A DNA stretch of 64,000 nt from Candidatus Izemoplasmatales bacterium (GCA_050177605.1 JBFXGX010000008.1:1-64000), one strand, 5' to 3'. Numbered from the stretch's first letter, positions 8,694 through 19,013 are shown. Numbers and translations are program-made. The notes: generated by a model not told the origin, from the letters alone.

Positions 8694-8987
8694 ATGGAGA
8701 AAAAAATAGTAGATTCATTTAAAGCATTATCAGATGCAAATCGATTAGCGATTGTAGAACTGCTACTTCAAGGAGAAACTTGTGGATGTACAATGATTGA
8801 TAAATTACCAATCTCACAACCAACTTTATCGTATCACTTAAAAACATTGACCGAAGCTGGTTTAGCGATAGCAAAAAGAGAAGGTAATTGGATTAAACAT
8901 CAAATCAATAAGGAAAGACTTTCTGAAATGATTACTTATTTAGAATATTTACGAGATTTAGAAGGGAAGAAGTGTAGAACAAAATGA
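8694..8987 (+). CDS. ArsR/SmtB family repressor
   Basis: FKALSDANRL, GETCGC, ISQPTLSYHLKTL. Confidence 0.9.
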   Translation: MEKKIVDSFKALSDANRLAIVELLLQGETCGCTMIDKLPISQPTLSYHLKTLTEAGLAIAKREGNWIKHQINKERLSEMITYLEYLRDLEGKKCRTK

Positions 8988-9229
8988 TAATAAAAGTATT
9001 AGGAAGTGGTTGTCCGAAATGTCAACGACTCGAACAAAATGTAAAAGAAGCATTGGTTTTATTAAACATCGAAGCGGAAGTTATAAAGGTAACGGACTAT
9101 ATTGGGATTACATCCTATGGCGTGATGAGTACTCCTGCGCTGGTTGTCGATGAAAAAGTTTTATTTAGCGCTAGAGTTCCTAGTCCAGAAACATTAGCAG
9201 AATTACTCAAGAATGTAACGTTGGAATAG
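8984..9229 (+). CDS. Small thioredoxin-like protein (MTH895/redox-active disulfide protein 2)
   Basis: IKVLGSGCPKC, YGVMSTPAL; ATGA overlap with arsR. Confidence 0.88.
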   Translation: MIIKVLGSGCPKCQRLEQNVKEALVLLNIEAEVIKVTDYIGITSYGVMSTPALVVDEKVLFSARVPSPETLAELLKNVTLE

Positions 9230-9240
9230 GAGATTATGAA

Positions 9241-10317
9241 ATGAAAAACAATCAATTAGTCAAACAATTTTCACCAATGTGGTTTGCGGTATCCATGGGA
9301 ATCGGTGGATTTACATTGGTCATCTATCAAATGAGTTCGATGATTTCATTTTTCAAAATCATCGCTATTATTTTGGCAGTATTTAATTTACTCGTGTTCA
9401 TCACAATGCTTATTCCTTGGACAATACGCTGGTTTAGTCATAAAGAATCCGTCAATCAAGATATTAAACATCCAGTCTCCTCGAATTTCTTCATTACAAT
9501 GCCTGTTGGGCTCATGCTCATTGGACTTCAAATGGTGATGATTGGTAGTCCTTATTTTGGTATGATTATATCAATGAATATCGCCTTAATCATATGGTTT
9601 TTTGGCGTCATACTTGCATTAATCTTTAGTGTTGCGACAACTTTTAATATGATGAGAAATGATTCAATAAGTCCAGAACTAACAAATTTTTCATGGTTTA
9701 TTTCACCTGTTGCGACGATTGTTGTTCCACTACTTGGTAATAATCTTGTGAAGTATTTTTTTGCTAACAATATCGCTTTAGCAACATTTATTAACCTCAT
9801 CGACATCTCATTCTTTGGCATTGGAATCATTCTTTTTATGGTTTTAATCTCCATTGTTATGAATCGTTTTCTTCTCCATAAAATGCCTGGAAGTATGATA
9901 CTTCCATCCTTTTGGATCTTGCTTGGTCCGGTTGGTGTTGGAACAGTCAGTCTACTAGGTCTTGCAGAAACTAATACACTTCTCGGATGGATTAGTTCGA
10001 GTGAAGGACTGAATATTCTTGCTTATATCTTATGGGGATTTGGAATATGGGCATTTTCGTTATTAATTGTTGTGTCTATTTATTATATTAAATCAGGAAA
10101 AATTCCCTTTTCACTTTCATGGTGGGCATTTATCTTTCCGCTATCAGCCTATAGTTTATCTACCTTAAATTTATTTCATATGACTCAAGTGATTGTCATT
10201 AAATATTATCTCTTTTTGTTAGTATTCATTCTCATCATTTTATTTATAGTGACAATAAGTTTAACGATAAAAGGCGTCATAAATAAGAAATTACTATACC
10301 CAAATAGAAATAACTAA
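9241..10317 (+). CDS. TDT/SLAC1 (TehA-like) anion transporter
   Basis: FSPMWFAVSMG, FSLSWWAFIFP; about 10 TM segments. Confidence 0.85.
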   Translation: MKNNQLVKQFSPMWFAVSMGIGGFTLVIYQMSSMISFFKIIAIILAVFNLLVFITMLIPWTIRWFSHKESVNQDIKHPVSSNFFITMPVGLMLIGLQMVMIGSPYFGMIISMNIALIIWFFGVILALIFSVATTFNMMRNDSISPELTNFSWFISPVATIVVPLLGNNLVKYFFANNIALATFINLIDISFFGIGIILFMVLISIVMNRFLLHKMPGSMILPSFWILLGPVGVGTVSLLGLAETNTLLGWISSSEGLNILAYILWGFGIWAFSLLIVVSIYYIKSGKIPFSLSWWAFIFPLSAYSLSTLNLFHMTQVIVIKYYLFLLVFILIILFIVTISLTIKGVINKKLLYPNRNN

Positions 10318-10319
10318 TG

Positions 10320-10352
10320 AAAAACAGTTCAGCGAATGAACTGTTTTTTTTT
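10320..10352. terminator. Bidirectional terminator
   Basis: AAAAACAGTTCA-GCGAA-TGAACTGTTTTT. Confidence 0.75.
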
Positions 10353-11433
10353 ATGCCATTTCGTATTCTCTAAATAGATTTTGAAAAACTTCTTTAATAG
10401 AAGTAATTTTAGTGGCTAAATAAGCATTGCTTCCTGCGAAAGCAAAACCATTCTTCAATTTTCCTCGTTGAGCGCTAACGAGTGCTAATGTTATACAATA
10501 AGGTGACTGTTCTTTCTTACAAGTACTTATACAGTGATAAGGGCAAGTAAATGGATGTTTATTATCTTGGTTCACTTGATCGATAAAATCGTTTTTTATC
10601 GCTCTTCCAGGGAGACCAACGGGACTTTTAATAATTGTAATATCCTCTTTTGTTGCGTTTATATAGGTTTGTTTAAATTCATCACTTGCATCACACTCAT
10701 AGGTCGTCACAAACCTTGTGGCCATTTGAACACCGGAGGCACCAAGTTCAAGAAATTTTTTAATATCTCCCCCGGTATAGATTCCACCACCGACGATCAA
10801 GGGAATCTTTTTATTGTATTCTTGTTCAAAGGGGAGAAGTGCTTCTTGTACTTGAGGTAATAGATTTTCTAAGGCAAAACGAGGATCCACTAATTCCAAG
10901 GCACTAAATCCAAGGTGTCCGCCTGCCTTCGGGCCTTCGATGACAAAGGCATCTGGTAAATATTGATATTTTTTTAGCCAGTGTTTTGTAATTAAAGATG
11001 CAGCGCGTCCCGAAGAAACAATCGGAACTAACAATGTTTCAGAACCTTCTGTTTTATATTCAGGAAGTCGAAGGGGTAGTCCAGCACCTGCAAAAATGAA
11101 ATCTGCTTTTTCTTCAATTGCTGCTTTACATAATGACTCAAAATCACTTAGCGCTACCATAATATTGACACCAATTAGGCCATCTGTTTTTTCTCTAGCT
11201 TCCCTTATCTGTTTTTTCAATGCTGCGCTGTTGTTTTCAAAGAAGTGCGATTTAATCTTTTCAAAGAATCCAACGCCTGCAGCGCTGATCACACCAATGC
11301 CACCTTGATTAGCGACCGCACTAGCGAGTCCTGCTAAGGAGATTCCAATTCCCATTCCACCTTGAACGATAGGAACTTTAGCTACTTTATTCCCAATCTT
11401 TAATTCTTTCATGTTCATCCCTACTTTCTTCAT
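10351..11433 (-). CDS. Nitronate monooxygenase/FabK/FabX-family flavoprotein
   Basis: PIVQGGMGIGIS, EGPKAGGHLG, GVQMATRF, Cys cluster CPYHCISTC..YC. Confidence 0.85.
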   Translation of the reverse strand: MKKVGMNMKELKIGNKVAKVPIVQGGMGIGISLAGLASAVANQGGIGVISAAGVGFFEKIKSHFFENNSAALKKQIREAREKTDGLIGVNIMVALSDFESLCKAAIEEKADFIFAGAGLPLRLPEYKTEGSETLLVPIVSSGRAASLITKHWLKKYQYLPDAFVIEGPKAGGHLGFSALELVDPRFALENLLPQVQEALLPFEQEYNKKIPLIVGGGIYTGGDIKKFLELGASGVQMATRFVTTYECDASDEFKQTYINATKEDITIIKSPVGLPGRAIKNDFIDQVNQDNKHPFTCPYHCISTCKKEQSPYCITLALVSAQRGKLKNGFAFAGSNAYLATKITSIKEVFQNLFREYEMA

Positions 11434-11752
11434 ATCGAAATTACTATATCACACATAGTACTTTCTGTACAAGTATAAATTTTGTATAATTTTGGAGGAT
11501 AGCGTTGATTGAAAATAAAAAATAGGACACTTGTATTATCAGATTCTTTTTAGATTAGATATTATTTCTTTAATGATATGCATCTTTTGTCTTTATATTT
11601 TTAAATAATCATCGGTTTCTTTTGTCATTTCGTAGAAATTTAGTAAAACAGTGGCTATTATCGCGATTATTTCATATAATGTAAGATAACATAACCTAGA
11701 AAAGAACCGATGACTGTTTGCATTTTATCGCGGGAGAAAGTAGAGGTATAGT

Positions 11753-13108
11753 ATGAAGAAAGTTTCTTTATTAGCAGCCATATCTTTGGGTATCGGAGGA
11801 ATGGTCGGCGGAGGAATATTCGCCGTATTAGGACTTGCGGTATCTGTAGCAGGAGGTGCGACACCGATTGCATTCATCATTGCTGGGGTGATTGCAATCA
11901 TCACTGCCTATACATACGCAGAATTTGCAAAGAAAGTACCAGATAAAGGTGGGACGAGTGCCTATCTTAATAATGCATTCGGGAAAAATGTATTCACTGG
12001 GGGAATCAATAACTTTCTTTGGATAAGTTATGTTGTGATGCTTGCATTATACGCATCGGCTTTTGGCTCATATGCGCCAACACTGTTTCCGCTTTTTTCT
12101 AGCGCATCACTAAACTACCATCTATTTCTATCCTTTGTCATTATCCTTTCAACTGCAGTGAACTATTTAAGTGTAAAAATGGTTACTGGGATTGAAAAGT
12201 GGGCCGTAGTATTTAAAATGATTATTTTAATCTTTTTTATTCTTATCGGTATCTATGGGATGAGTTCATCACCGAATCTATCCCAATTAAGTGTATCGGG
12301 ATATCCAACAGCATTTTCAATGATTGCCGGTGGAATGTTAATTTTCGTTGCCTATGAAGGCTTTGAATTGATTGCGAATGTTACTCCTGATATGGCAAAA
12401 GAAAAGGATATTAAAAAAGCGTTTCTATACTCGACTGGATTTGTCGTTTTCTTATATGTGCTAATTGCAATTGTTACTGTTGGAAGTGTTGCCTTTCAGA
12501 CAGTACAGACAGCACAGGATTATGTTTTAGCCGAAGCGGCTAGACCTGTTCTTGGTCAATTTGGATTTGTACTCATTGTAATCGCTGCACTCATATCAAC
12601 CTTTTCAGCAATTAATGCAACATTATATGGTAGTTCAAGAATTAACTATGAATTAGCAGAAGATGATGAACTTCCTCATGAGTTTACGGTAATCATTAAA
12701 AATGAGCCCATTGGATTAATCATTACCGCGGTTTTAAGTCTTGTAATTGGAAACCTTATTCCACTAGCTTCGATTTCAGGAATGGGAAGTATTGGATTTC
12801 TATTTATCTTTTTAATGATTAATTTAGGTGCGTATTTAAAAAGAAAAGAGTTGGGGGGAAAAGCTCTGATTTACTTGCTTGGTGTACTTCTCAATCTTTT
12901 TGCTTTGGTTGTTCTAGTTGTCAATCAAATACAAACTAGTTTGATGACGGTTTTATATACCGCCCTACTTTTGTTTTTATGTTTCGCATTTGAATACTTC
13001 TTTAAAAAGTACGGTCATTTGCCAAGAAAAGAAAAAATGATTAGAAGAGTAAAACCCGTGCATTCCAGTAAAAAAATAAAAGCATCCAATGAGGAGACAA
13101 AAGAATGA
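11753..13108 (+). CDS. APC-family amino acid permease
   Basis: GGMVGGGIF, FVAYEGFE; about 12 TM segments. Confidence 0.88.
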   Translation: MKKVSLLAAISLGIGGMVGGGIFAVLGLAVSVAGGATPIAFIIAGVIAIITAYTYAEFAKKVPDKGGTSAYLNNAFGKNVFTGGINNFLWISYVVMLALYASAFGSYAPTLFPLFSSASLNYHLFLSFVIILSTAVNYLSVKMVTGIEKWAVVFKMIILIFFILIGIYGMSSSPNLSQLSVSGYPTAFSMIAGGMLIFVAYEGFELIANVTPDMAKEKDIKKAFLYSTGFVVFLYVLIAIVTVGSVAFQTVQTAQDYVLAEAARPVLGQFGFVLIVIAALISTFSAINATLYGSSRINYELAEDDELPHEFTVIIKNEPIGLIITAVLSLVIGNLIPLASISGMGSIGFLFIFLMINLGAYLKRKELGGKALIYLLGVLLNLFALVVLVVNQIQTSLMTVLYTALLLFLCFAFEYFFKKYGHLPRKEKMIRRVKPVHSSKKIKASNEETKE

Positions 13109-13764
13109 AATTATTATTAACTTCAGGTGGAATTAAGAATAAGACTATTTATGAAGGCCTTGTTAATCTACTCCAAAAACCAATTGAGCAGTGTCGTGCA
13201 CTTTGTATTTCCACTGCTCTTTATCCGATGAGCATTGCACCAACACAAACGATGAAGTTCTATCAAGGAACTTGTGAAACACCAATGTGTGAACTTGGAT
13301 GGGCAAGTGTAGGTGTACTTGAATTAACAGCATTACCAAGCATTGAAAAAGATACTTGGGTAAAATGGCTTGAAAACACAGATGTTTTACTAGTCAATGG
13401 TGGGGATCCTCTTTACTTATCGTATTGGATGAAGCAATCTGGGATTGCGGATATCCTACCTAGTTTAAATATCGTTTACGTAGGGCTAAGTGCAGGCAGT
13501 ATGATTATGTCACCATGTGTAGGAGAAGAATTTGTTCACTGGAAAAAATATGTGGAAAATGATGAAACATTAGGCTATGTCGAGTTTTCAATCTTTCCTC
13601 ATCTCGATCACATTGCACTTCCTGAAAACACAATGGAAAATGCATTAAAGTGGAGTGAAAAGTTATCTCACTCTTGTTATGTCATTGATGATGAAACAGC
13701 AATTATGGTTAACGGGGATAAAACCATCGTTCTCTCAGAAGGTAAGTGGAAGAAACTTAAGTGA
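13105..13764 (+). CDS. Peptidase S51 (dipeptidase E-like)
   Basis: MKLLLTSGG, VNGGD, YVGLSAGS, FPHLD. Confidence 0.85.
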   Translation: MKLLLTSGGIKNKTIYEGLVNLLQKPIEQCRALCISTALYPMSIAPTQTMKFYQGTCETPMCELGWASVGVLELTALPSIEKDTWVKWLENTDVLLVNGGDPLYLSYWMKQSGIADILPSLNIVYVGLSAGSMIMSPCVGEEFVHWKKYVENDETLGYVEFSIFPHLDHIALPENTMENALKWSEKLSHSCYVIDDETAIMVNGDKTIVLSEGKWKKLK

Positions 13765-13818
13765 TAAAAACACGAGAAATCGTGTTTTTTTTATGGAAAA
13801 GAAAGAAAATAATGAGGT

Positions 13819-13870
13819 TTTTGTGAAGTTTTCCCTCACATACAGAAACTTCACAAAAGACAAATATAAT
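13819..13870 (+). promoter_or_regulatory. 13-bp inverted repeat over the -35 region of the ABC exporter promoter
   Basis: TTTTGTGAAGTTT (13819-13831) / AAACTTCACAAAA (13846-13858); TATAAT at 13865. Confidence 0.55.
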
Positions 13871-13902
13871 GAATCATATATATATTAATAAGGGAGAGAT
13901 TT

Positions 13903-15777
13903 ATGGCATCGTTACTGCGCTTAGCAAACATTAAAAAAAGTTATAACATTACCAAGAGTCAGCAACAAGTCGTATTGAAAGGAGTAGATATTGAATTTAG
14001 TCGAGGAGAACTTGTCGCATTAGTCGGAGAAAGTGGTTGTGGGAAATCAACACTCATTAATATTTTAGGTGGACTTGACACCGAATATACAGGCAGTGTT
14101 GTTGTGCGAGATCAATTCATTCGTGATTTTACTGAAAAACAGATGGATGACTATCGAAAACAACGCGTTGGCATGATTTTTCAAAACTATAATCTCATTT
14201 CTCATTTAACTTTAGCAGAGAACATTGAGATATCGATGAGAATGAGTGATATCGATTACAAAACAAGGCATCAAAGAGCAATGGATCTTTTAACCATGAT
14301 TGGCCTACATGAATATGCCAATAAGTTTCCTTCACAATTATCTGGAGGACAACAACAACGTGTAGCGATTGCTAGGGCACTAGCGAATAATCCGTCAATC
14401 ATTTTGGCAGATGAACCAACGGGAGCGCTTGATAAAGAATCTGAAGATATCATTTTGAATATTCTAAAAAAAATTGTTGAAACCGGAAAGTTAGTCATTA
14501 TTGTTACACATAGTGAAGTCGTAGCGAGCAAATGTAGTCGGATCGTCAGACTTGACGAAGGCGTGATTATTTCTGATGAAACTAAATATAATATTAATGA
14601 TAAATCAAAGTTTGAAAAAACGATTATGCCAAAACCGATTAAGACAAAAGATATCATTAAGATATCCCTCAACAATCTATATCAAAAATTAAGTCGAAGC
14701 ATTCTTGTCTCCGTCGGACTTTCTTTGGGGATTGCGGCACTCATCTTAATCTTAAATCTTGGGAAAGGATTAACCAATTATGTAAATGAAGTCTATTCAG
14801 ATAATCTTCAAACGACTCAAATTACATTAACCAACAACAACTTTACAACCTTTAGTGATACTCAAATAGAACAAATTCTTTCAGTGGATGGGTTAGCTAC
14901 GGTGCACCAAACGAATACATTAACAAATATAGATTATTCATACGGGGACGTTTCTGGAATACTAGGAACAGTTTCTACTTACTACAGTGATTATTATCCG
15001 AGTATTTTATATGGTAGTCTACCAGAAGACACTTCTGGAATTGTAATTAATGAGGCTTTAGCTGCGGCAATAGGACCTGATGGAATCATTTCATCGATTG
15101 GCACAACGCTTGAAATCACAGTAGATGATTCAGTGTATTCCTATACGATTACTGGGATTTATGACGATATTTCTTCTAGCAGTGATCTCTATAACATTTA
15201 TTTTGATTACACAAATTTAACAACTCTTCTTGGTAGTGATTATGAGGCTAATACATTATTAGTAATCTTGGAAAGTGTTGAATATACAACCAATGCCCTT
15301 GATGAATTTGAAGCACTTCATGTGAATGCACTTCAAGCGGATAATAGTGCTAATAGTGTTCTTTCCTATATTGATACAGGGACACAAGTATTAACAGGTG
15401 TCAGTGCAATTTCAATGGTTGTCGCTGCAATTATGATCTTTGTTGTTTTATATATTACAATCGTTGAAAGAACCAAAGAAATCGGAATATTAAGAGCCAT
15501 TGGTTCTAGAAAAAAAGATATATCCAAAATGTTTATCGTCGAAGCAGGTATTATTGGAATTGCAGGAGGAATATTTGGTGTCTTGTTTTCATTTCTGGTT
15601 ACTTTATTCACCAATACAATTACGAGTATTACACTAGATACAACATTAATTAGTTATCATATTGGCTATTATGCATTTGGAATTATCATGAGTTTTATTG
15701 TTAGTGTTATTGCAGGAATTGCACCAGCAGTAAAAGCAGCCGATCTTGATCCAGCTGTCGCTTTACGCTATGAGTAG
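13903..15777 (+). CDS. MacB-like fused ABC ATPase/FtsX permease
   Basis: GESGCGKST, LSGGQQQR, ADEPTG; ERTKEIGILRAIG; DPAVALRYE. Confidence 0.9.
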   Translation: MASLLRLANIKKSYNITKSQQQVVLKGVDIEFSRGELVALVGESGCGKSTLINILGGLDTEYTGSVVVRDQFIRDFTEKQMDDYRKQRVGMIFQNYNLISHLTLAENIEISMRMSDIDYKTRHQRAMDLLTMIGLHEYANKFPSQLSGGQQQRVAIARALANNPSIILADEPTGALDKESEDIILNILKKIVETGKLVIIVTHSEVVASKCSRIVRLDEGVIISDETKYNINDKSKFEKTIMPKPIKTKDIIKISLNNLYQKLSRSILVSVGLSLGIAALILILNLGKGLTNYVNEVYSDNLQTTQITLTNNNFTTFSDTQIEQILSVDGLATVHQTNTLTNIDYSYGDVSGILGTVSTYYSDYYPSILYGSLPEDTSGIVINEALAAAIGPDGIISSIGTTLEITVDDSVYSYTITGIYDDISSSSDLYNIYFDYTNLTTLLGSDYEANTLLVILESVEYTTNALDEFEALHVNALQADNSANSVLSYIDTGTQVLTGVSAISMVVAAIMIFVVLYITIVERTKEIGILRAIGSRKKDISKMFIVEAGIIGIAGGIFGVLFSFLVTLFTNTITSITLDTTLISYHIGYYAFGIIMSFIVSVIAGIAPAVKAADLDPAVALRYE

Positions 15778-15785
15778 GTGAAGGT

Positions 15786-16643
15786 ATGGGAAGAAGATTA
15801 TCAAAGAAAGAAAGGGCACAAATTAAAGAGAAGCATCGTCTAAGAAAGATAAGTCGACTTGAATCTGAAGATGCGAAGGGTATTAGCCGGAAAAGATATA
15901 AGCTGGTAATGAGCCCTAAAACTTTCTTTATTATGAAAGGCATCGGTATTGTTTTAATTCCTCTTGTATATTTTGCTTATTCCCCATTTTTAATCCTTGT
16001 TATGTTTTATTTTGTTGGATTATTTTTCGCTGGTATTGGACTAGAGCATTATCTAAATAAAAGTGTAATCAAGAGCAACCATATTCATATTCCAAAGTAT
16101 GATAGTGCCATCGCTTTATTACTGATTAGTATTGGAATTTTTGGCTCCTCCTTTAGTGCAGCAAGAGGAAAAGTTGGAATGTTTGCCAACACAATATGGT
16201 TCAAAATAACGCAGGCATTTAATAATATGGGATCTTTACTAACGGGAGTAAGAAATATATTTTCTACACAACCAACATTTGGTTTTGGAGCGATGGATAA
16301 GCCTGACAATTTTATACCTAATGAAGCTGCTTTCCTAGAAAGAATGGATGGAATGGCTCCTCCTGGTGGAGGAGGAGCTTTCGGAGGAAGACCACAATTT
16401 GAGTTATCGATGGATGACATTCCAGTCGAATTTATGTTTTCTCAAGTTCTCTCGACTGTCACCACGGTATTAATTATCGCTGTGGGTGTTTTTGGTGCCC
16501 TATCACTATACTACACGTTTAAGAAAATAAAAAATTTCAATATCGAGCAAAATGAAGTCATTGTGGATAATGAAATTAAGATTCTTGAAGATGATGAGAT
16601 CAGAAAAATACTCGATTTTGGAGATATTGTTGAGGAGATATAA
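15786..16643 (+). CDS. Hypothetical membrane protein, probable partner of the MacB-like exporter
   Basis: 8 bp after the ABC gene; 4 TM segments; Gly/Pro-rich PPGGGGAFGGRP loop. Confidence 0.7.
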   Translation: MGRRLSKKERAQIKEKHRLRKISRLESEDAKGISRKRYKLVMSPKTFFIMKGIGIVLIPLVYFAYSPFLILVMFYFVGLFFAGIGLEHYLNKSVIKSNHIHIPKYDSAIALLLISIGIFGSSFSAARGKVGMFANTIWFKITQAFNNMGSLLTGVRNIFSTQPTFGFGAMDKPDNFIPNEAAFLERMDGMAPPGGGGAFGGRPQFELSMDDIPVEFMFSQVLSTVTTVLIIAVGVFGALSLYYTFKKIKNFNIEQNEVIVDNEIKILEDDEIRKILDFGDIVEEI

Positions 16644-16669
16644 AAAAAAGAGGAGCAATCCTCTTTTTT
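16642..16669. terminator. Bidirectional terminator
   Basis: AAAAAAGAGGA-GCAA-TCCTCTTTTTT. Confidence 0.75.
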
Positions 16670-17300
16670 ATTTCACAGTATCCATTTTTGGCATTGGTTT
16701 CAATTTGATTGATTGATCCTCTTGCCTGACATATAAATCTTCTTGGTTGCTTAGTGACCATTCTTTGAATAGTTCTACTTCATTTTTGTTTAAACGAAAA
16801 TTATACCATTTTTCATATAATCGAAGTAATGGGTAGTTGATTTTAAGTTCTTTTGTTTGGTATTGATAGACATATGGATTATTACAAAAGATAAAAAATT
16901 TATTCGCAAATATTGAATCAATCATTTGTAAGGTGACTAATCCTTCGGACAAAAGATATTCTAAAATCATGAAGAACATGACATAGTTGCCCATCAATCT
17001 ACCATCGGCAGGAGTGAATTCTACAGATTTGTCATCACGGTATTCTTTCAGTTTCATATAAATCTGATGAATATCACCATCATCCGAAAAATTCTCATTC
17101 AGATTATAAATAAATTCAGCTTTTTTAATTTTATGGTCCCTGTTTAATTGAACCAAGATGATTAAGAAACCAAGAATCGCAGTAGCAATTGTAATCATAT
17201 CACTTACTGCAGGAGTAGCTGTCCAACTCACAACAATGATTATCACCATTACGACAACAACAAGTAATATTTGAAAGTATCGGTTGTTAAGTATTTTCAA
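16668..17300 (-). CDS. Hypothetical protein, two N-terminal TM helices
   Basis: 210-aa ORF, TTG start with AGGGG RBS. Confidence 0.7.
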   Translation of the reverse strand: MKILNNRYFQILLVVVVMVIIIVVSWTATPAVSDMITIATAILGFLIILVQLNRDHKIKKAEFIYNLNENFSDDGDIHQIYMKLKEYRDDKSVEFTPADGRLMGNYVMFFMILEYLLSEGLVTLQMIDSIFANKFFIFCNNPYVYQYQTKELKINYPLLRLYEKWYNFRLNKNEVELFKEWSLSNQEDLYVRQEDQSIKLKPMPKMDTVK

Positions 17301-17478
17301 TTTTTGTCCCCCTATTTTCTATTATTTTTCTATTTTCTTCATTATATCATATTTGATGAGGTAAATTAGCATCATCTTAGTTTATAAATATAAATTATTG
17401 AAGTGAATTTACTTTTTCGATAAATGATGTATAATAGATATATTGAAATATTTGTTTTTTATCAAAGGGGGAAAACTG

Positions 17479-17805
17479 ATGAATTACAAATGGTTAATGT
17501 ATGCTAGAATCAATACGATTATTTATTCTGTGGCTGGCGTATTGATGCTTTTAGTGATTTGGTTAACAGGTGAGTTTCGTGAAAACTTATATAGCAACGT
17601 TATAGATTTAGTTCTCTTTTTTGGAATAGCATCACTCAATGTTTTTGCTTCCATAGTGATTATATACCGAACGAAGAGGAAACAGTCTGAGGGGCTCCTA
17701 GCCAAATTAGTGATTTCTTTCTCTTTTATCGGCGTTCTTATTGGCAATATTTATTACGCGTGTCCAACGTATCTGATTGCTAAAAACAATTTCAATCGTA
17801 AGTAA
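17479..17805 (+). CDS. Hypothetical membrane protein
   Basis: ATG after AGGGGG; 3 TM segments. Confidence 0.65.
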   Translation: MNYKWLMYARINTIIYSVAGVLMLLVIWLTGEFRENLYSNVIDLVLFFGIASLNVFASIVIIYRTKRKQSEGLLAKLVISFSFIGVLIGNIYYACPTYLIAKNNFNRK

Positions 17806-17813
17806 GTAATCAA

Positions 17814-18381
17814 ATGAAAAAAAAGCATTTGATTCTCCTATATTCAATTTCATTCATCTTTTTTGTGTTCGTACCGGTCTTTTTCTTTTATGAAATGACT
17901 CAAATGCAATTCTCGTATCTTGGCTATTCCACCAGCTTTTACTCAGTTTACAAATTGTCTCGTTCTAGTTGGGATATCGTTGATATTGGACTGATGATTA
18001 TCATGGTGGTTGTCCTCGCTAGTAATTTGATTTTTAAAATCAAGAAGAATGTTCTATGGCCATTACGCTATTCATTTCTTTTGTTAACATGGATAGCGAG
18101 AAGTATGTTTGTGATGCCATTTCTTTTCATATATTATCAGATTAAAGATAGTTATTACTATTACTGGTCAATTGGATTTGAACGATACGTTATATAACGC
18201 AATCGCCACTAGCAACACAGAGATGAATGAACTATACTTGCAAATTGGTCATGATAGTGTCATAGATCCTCAATTTATGAGTTTGGTCTATGGAGAGACG
18301 GTATACTATGTCATTGCTCTAGCAATATTGATTGCACTTCCAATTCTTTCCTTTGTCAAAGGTCGAAAACAACTCAGTTAA
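17814..18381 (+). pseudogene. Membrane protein probably split by a frameshift (ORFs 17814-18197 and 18172-18381)
   Basis: The ORFs overlap in different frames; the second has no RBS; a terminator follows the second. Confidence 0.45.
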
Positions 18382-18472
18382 TCAAAACTGAGTTTTTATT
18401 TTGTTTAGCTAAATGAAATGACATTTTGAAAAGTTTGTGGTAAACTAGTAGAAAATATTTTTAGGTGATTAT

Positions 18473-19009
18473 ATGAGAAAACACATTAAAGAACTATCAC
18501 TTGTTGGAATTTTTCCAGCGTTAATGGCTGCGACTGCAGGTTTTTATATCCCTTTAGGGACATTACCCAGTATCACTTTTCAGACTTTTTTTGTTTTCTT
18601 AGCTGGACTCTTGCTTGGCTCAAGAAAGGGAAGTTTAGCGATATTGATTTATGTCTTAATCGGAGCGATTGGACTTCCTGTATTTAGCGGATTTCAAGGT
18701 GGGCTAGGAGTCTTGTTTGGTTATAGCGGTGGATTCATTTTATCCTTTATTCCTTCCGCGTTTATTGTAGGGCTTTTGAAGGAGAAACTTCCACCTACGA
18801 ATCATAATTTTCTTGGATATTTAATGATTCTATTGATTGGAAATGTTGTGATTTATCTTGGAGGAAGTATTTATTTAGCAATTCTTACTAAAACCTCATT
18901 TTATTTAATCATTACAAGTTTTATAATTTATACCCCAGGTGATTTAGTCAAAATAGTCGCATCCATTTTAATTTATCAAAGACTGAATAAAATATTACTA
19001 AATAGGTGA
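18473..19009 (+). CDS. bioY: Biotin ECF S-component
   Basis: ITFQTFFVFLAGLLLG, GAIGLPVFSG, PGDLVK. Confidence 0.9.
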   Translation: MRKHIKELSLVGIFPALMAATAGFYIPLGTLPSITFQTFFVFLAGLLLGSRKGSLAILIYVLIGAIGLPVFSGFQGGLGVLFGYSGGFILSFIPSAFIVGLLKEKLPPTNHNFLGYLMILLIGNVVIYLGGSIYLAILTKTSFYLIITSFIIYTPGDLVKIVASILIYQRLNKILLNR

Positions 19010-19013
19010 TAGA

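Noticed and set aside
11490..11608. Small ORF after GGAGG upstream of the permease
   Set aside because: Frames following the SD stop within about 15 codons; at most a decayed fragment
13821..13857. Rex operator
   Set aside because: TTGTGAA and TTCACAA half-sites are present but far more than the required 4 bp apart
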